DNA of 64,000 bases from Iphione sp. A-MEVVRFRX5 (taxonomy: Eukaryota), in the NCBI GenBank assembly GCA_976226885.1, contig OZ320313.1:113088001-113152000 (forward strand), in the 5' to 3' direction. The translations under genes were made by a program, and so were the position numbers. This document shows, one piece after another, positions 63,033-64,000 of the stretch. The notes beneath the pieces were generated by a model that was not told where the DNA came from, did not search any database, and saw nothing but the letters and a program-made list of their open reading frames with translations. The stretch's first letter is position 1; the number at the start of each line of letters is the position of its first letter.

Positions 63033-64000
63033 AAAACACAGAAGAAACCATCGAATCAACGTACCATCAAGAAGCAAGTTCACGATGATCATCCAAACCA
63101 GCTGGCCACACTTCATGATGTAACAACGCAGAAATGTGGGTATACTACGAGTCAAGAGAGTGTGTACAGTTTACAAGAACAATCGGGTGATTTGAGAGAA
63201 TGCCCCTTCGAATCAGGCAAACAGTGGCAAAATAAGGACGATAGAAAGAAGAAACGTCGTACTGGAAAGTGTGCCGCCTTCCAACCAACTTACGTGCGTC
63301 TTACACGGAACACAGCATGGATATTTAAGGATCTATTGTCAGATAGTCAGACTACAAAGGATACTGAGGCTAAAAATAAAGAGGTCGGCAAAAAATACCG
63401 TTCCGCCTCGCAAACTACTGGTGTTATTCCGAAAGACCAAGTTAAAATAGATGAAGATTTGAACACGACGACTAGGAGTGGTGCTGGAGTACATGTATGT
63501 GGAAATCAACAGTTACAAAAAAGTACACAGAGAGCTCAGTCCGAAAAAAATAACAGAAAAGACGGTGAGGGAAATACCTGTGCGAGGAAAAAGAAGACGT
63601 CAGGGAGGGACGAAGAGAAACGACCCCAATCGAAGAAAATAATAAAAGGCAAACAAATTAATAGGAAGAATGAAAAGAGCAAAGGTAGTGTCACCAATGT
63701 TGAGATATTAAAGGATACAAATGTGCTTTCCACTGATAAAAGCCAACTTAGTAAAATAAAGTGTGAGCCGGATATTTGTAACGGGCAGTTTTCCCCCGAA
63801 GCCGCCGGTCAGCATATATTGCTAGGCAGTTTGATAAGTGACTCAAATTTGTCGCATGTACGTGATAGACTAGGAAGTAAGCTTCCAATACGAAGGAGTG
63901 CAAGACTGCAATGCGCACATACACTCTCAGAACCTTTAGCGACGCAGGGAATACGTAACTCTGGGAGGAATTCAGATGATGCAGCGTCTCAACATCATTA
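63033..64000 (+). CDS. Long basic, low-complexity coding exon, open to the window edge (322 codons); absent from the ORF track
   Basis: Acceptor ctgttttctag|. I translated KTQKKPSNQRTIKKQ...DRKKKRRTGK...IKCEPD...PIRRSARLQC...ASQHH by hand and found no stop. Confidence 0.75.

Overview
Intron-rich animal genomic DNA, about 40% GC, with two N gaps. It is not prokaryotic, and I found no CRISPR array, rRNA or tRNA. The gene content and style suggest an invertebrate deuterostome such as amphioxus (inference only). From left to right: (1) the 5' coding exon of a USP53/USP54-type deubiquitinase on the - strand, which continues off the left edge, with several candidate alternative first exons at 4-8 kb; (2) a 5'-truncated RTE non-LTR retrotransposon with poly(A) and a 7-bp target-site duplication; (3) a complete 10-exon + strand gene (23112-43396, 389 aa) that fuses a CRIP-type LIM module to a RASSF2/4/6-type RA+SARAH protein; (4) a 2.4-kb exon of an uncharacterised nuclear protein with PxDLS, SUMO-consensus and NLS motifs; (5) a further long open exon running off the right edge that the ORF track misses. 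The two best leads are both inside the RASSF gene. One is an internal first exon (38059-38117) that gives a LIM-less isoform in exact register with the vertebrate RASSF2 N-terminus. The other is a fully foldable type III hammerhead-like structure in sense orientation in intron 1 (26085-26143). All homology calls come from remembered family motifs, not database searches.
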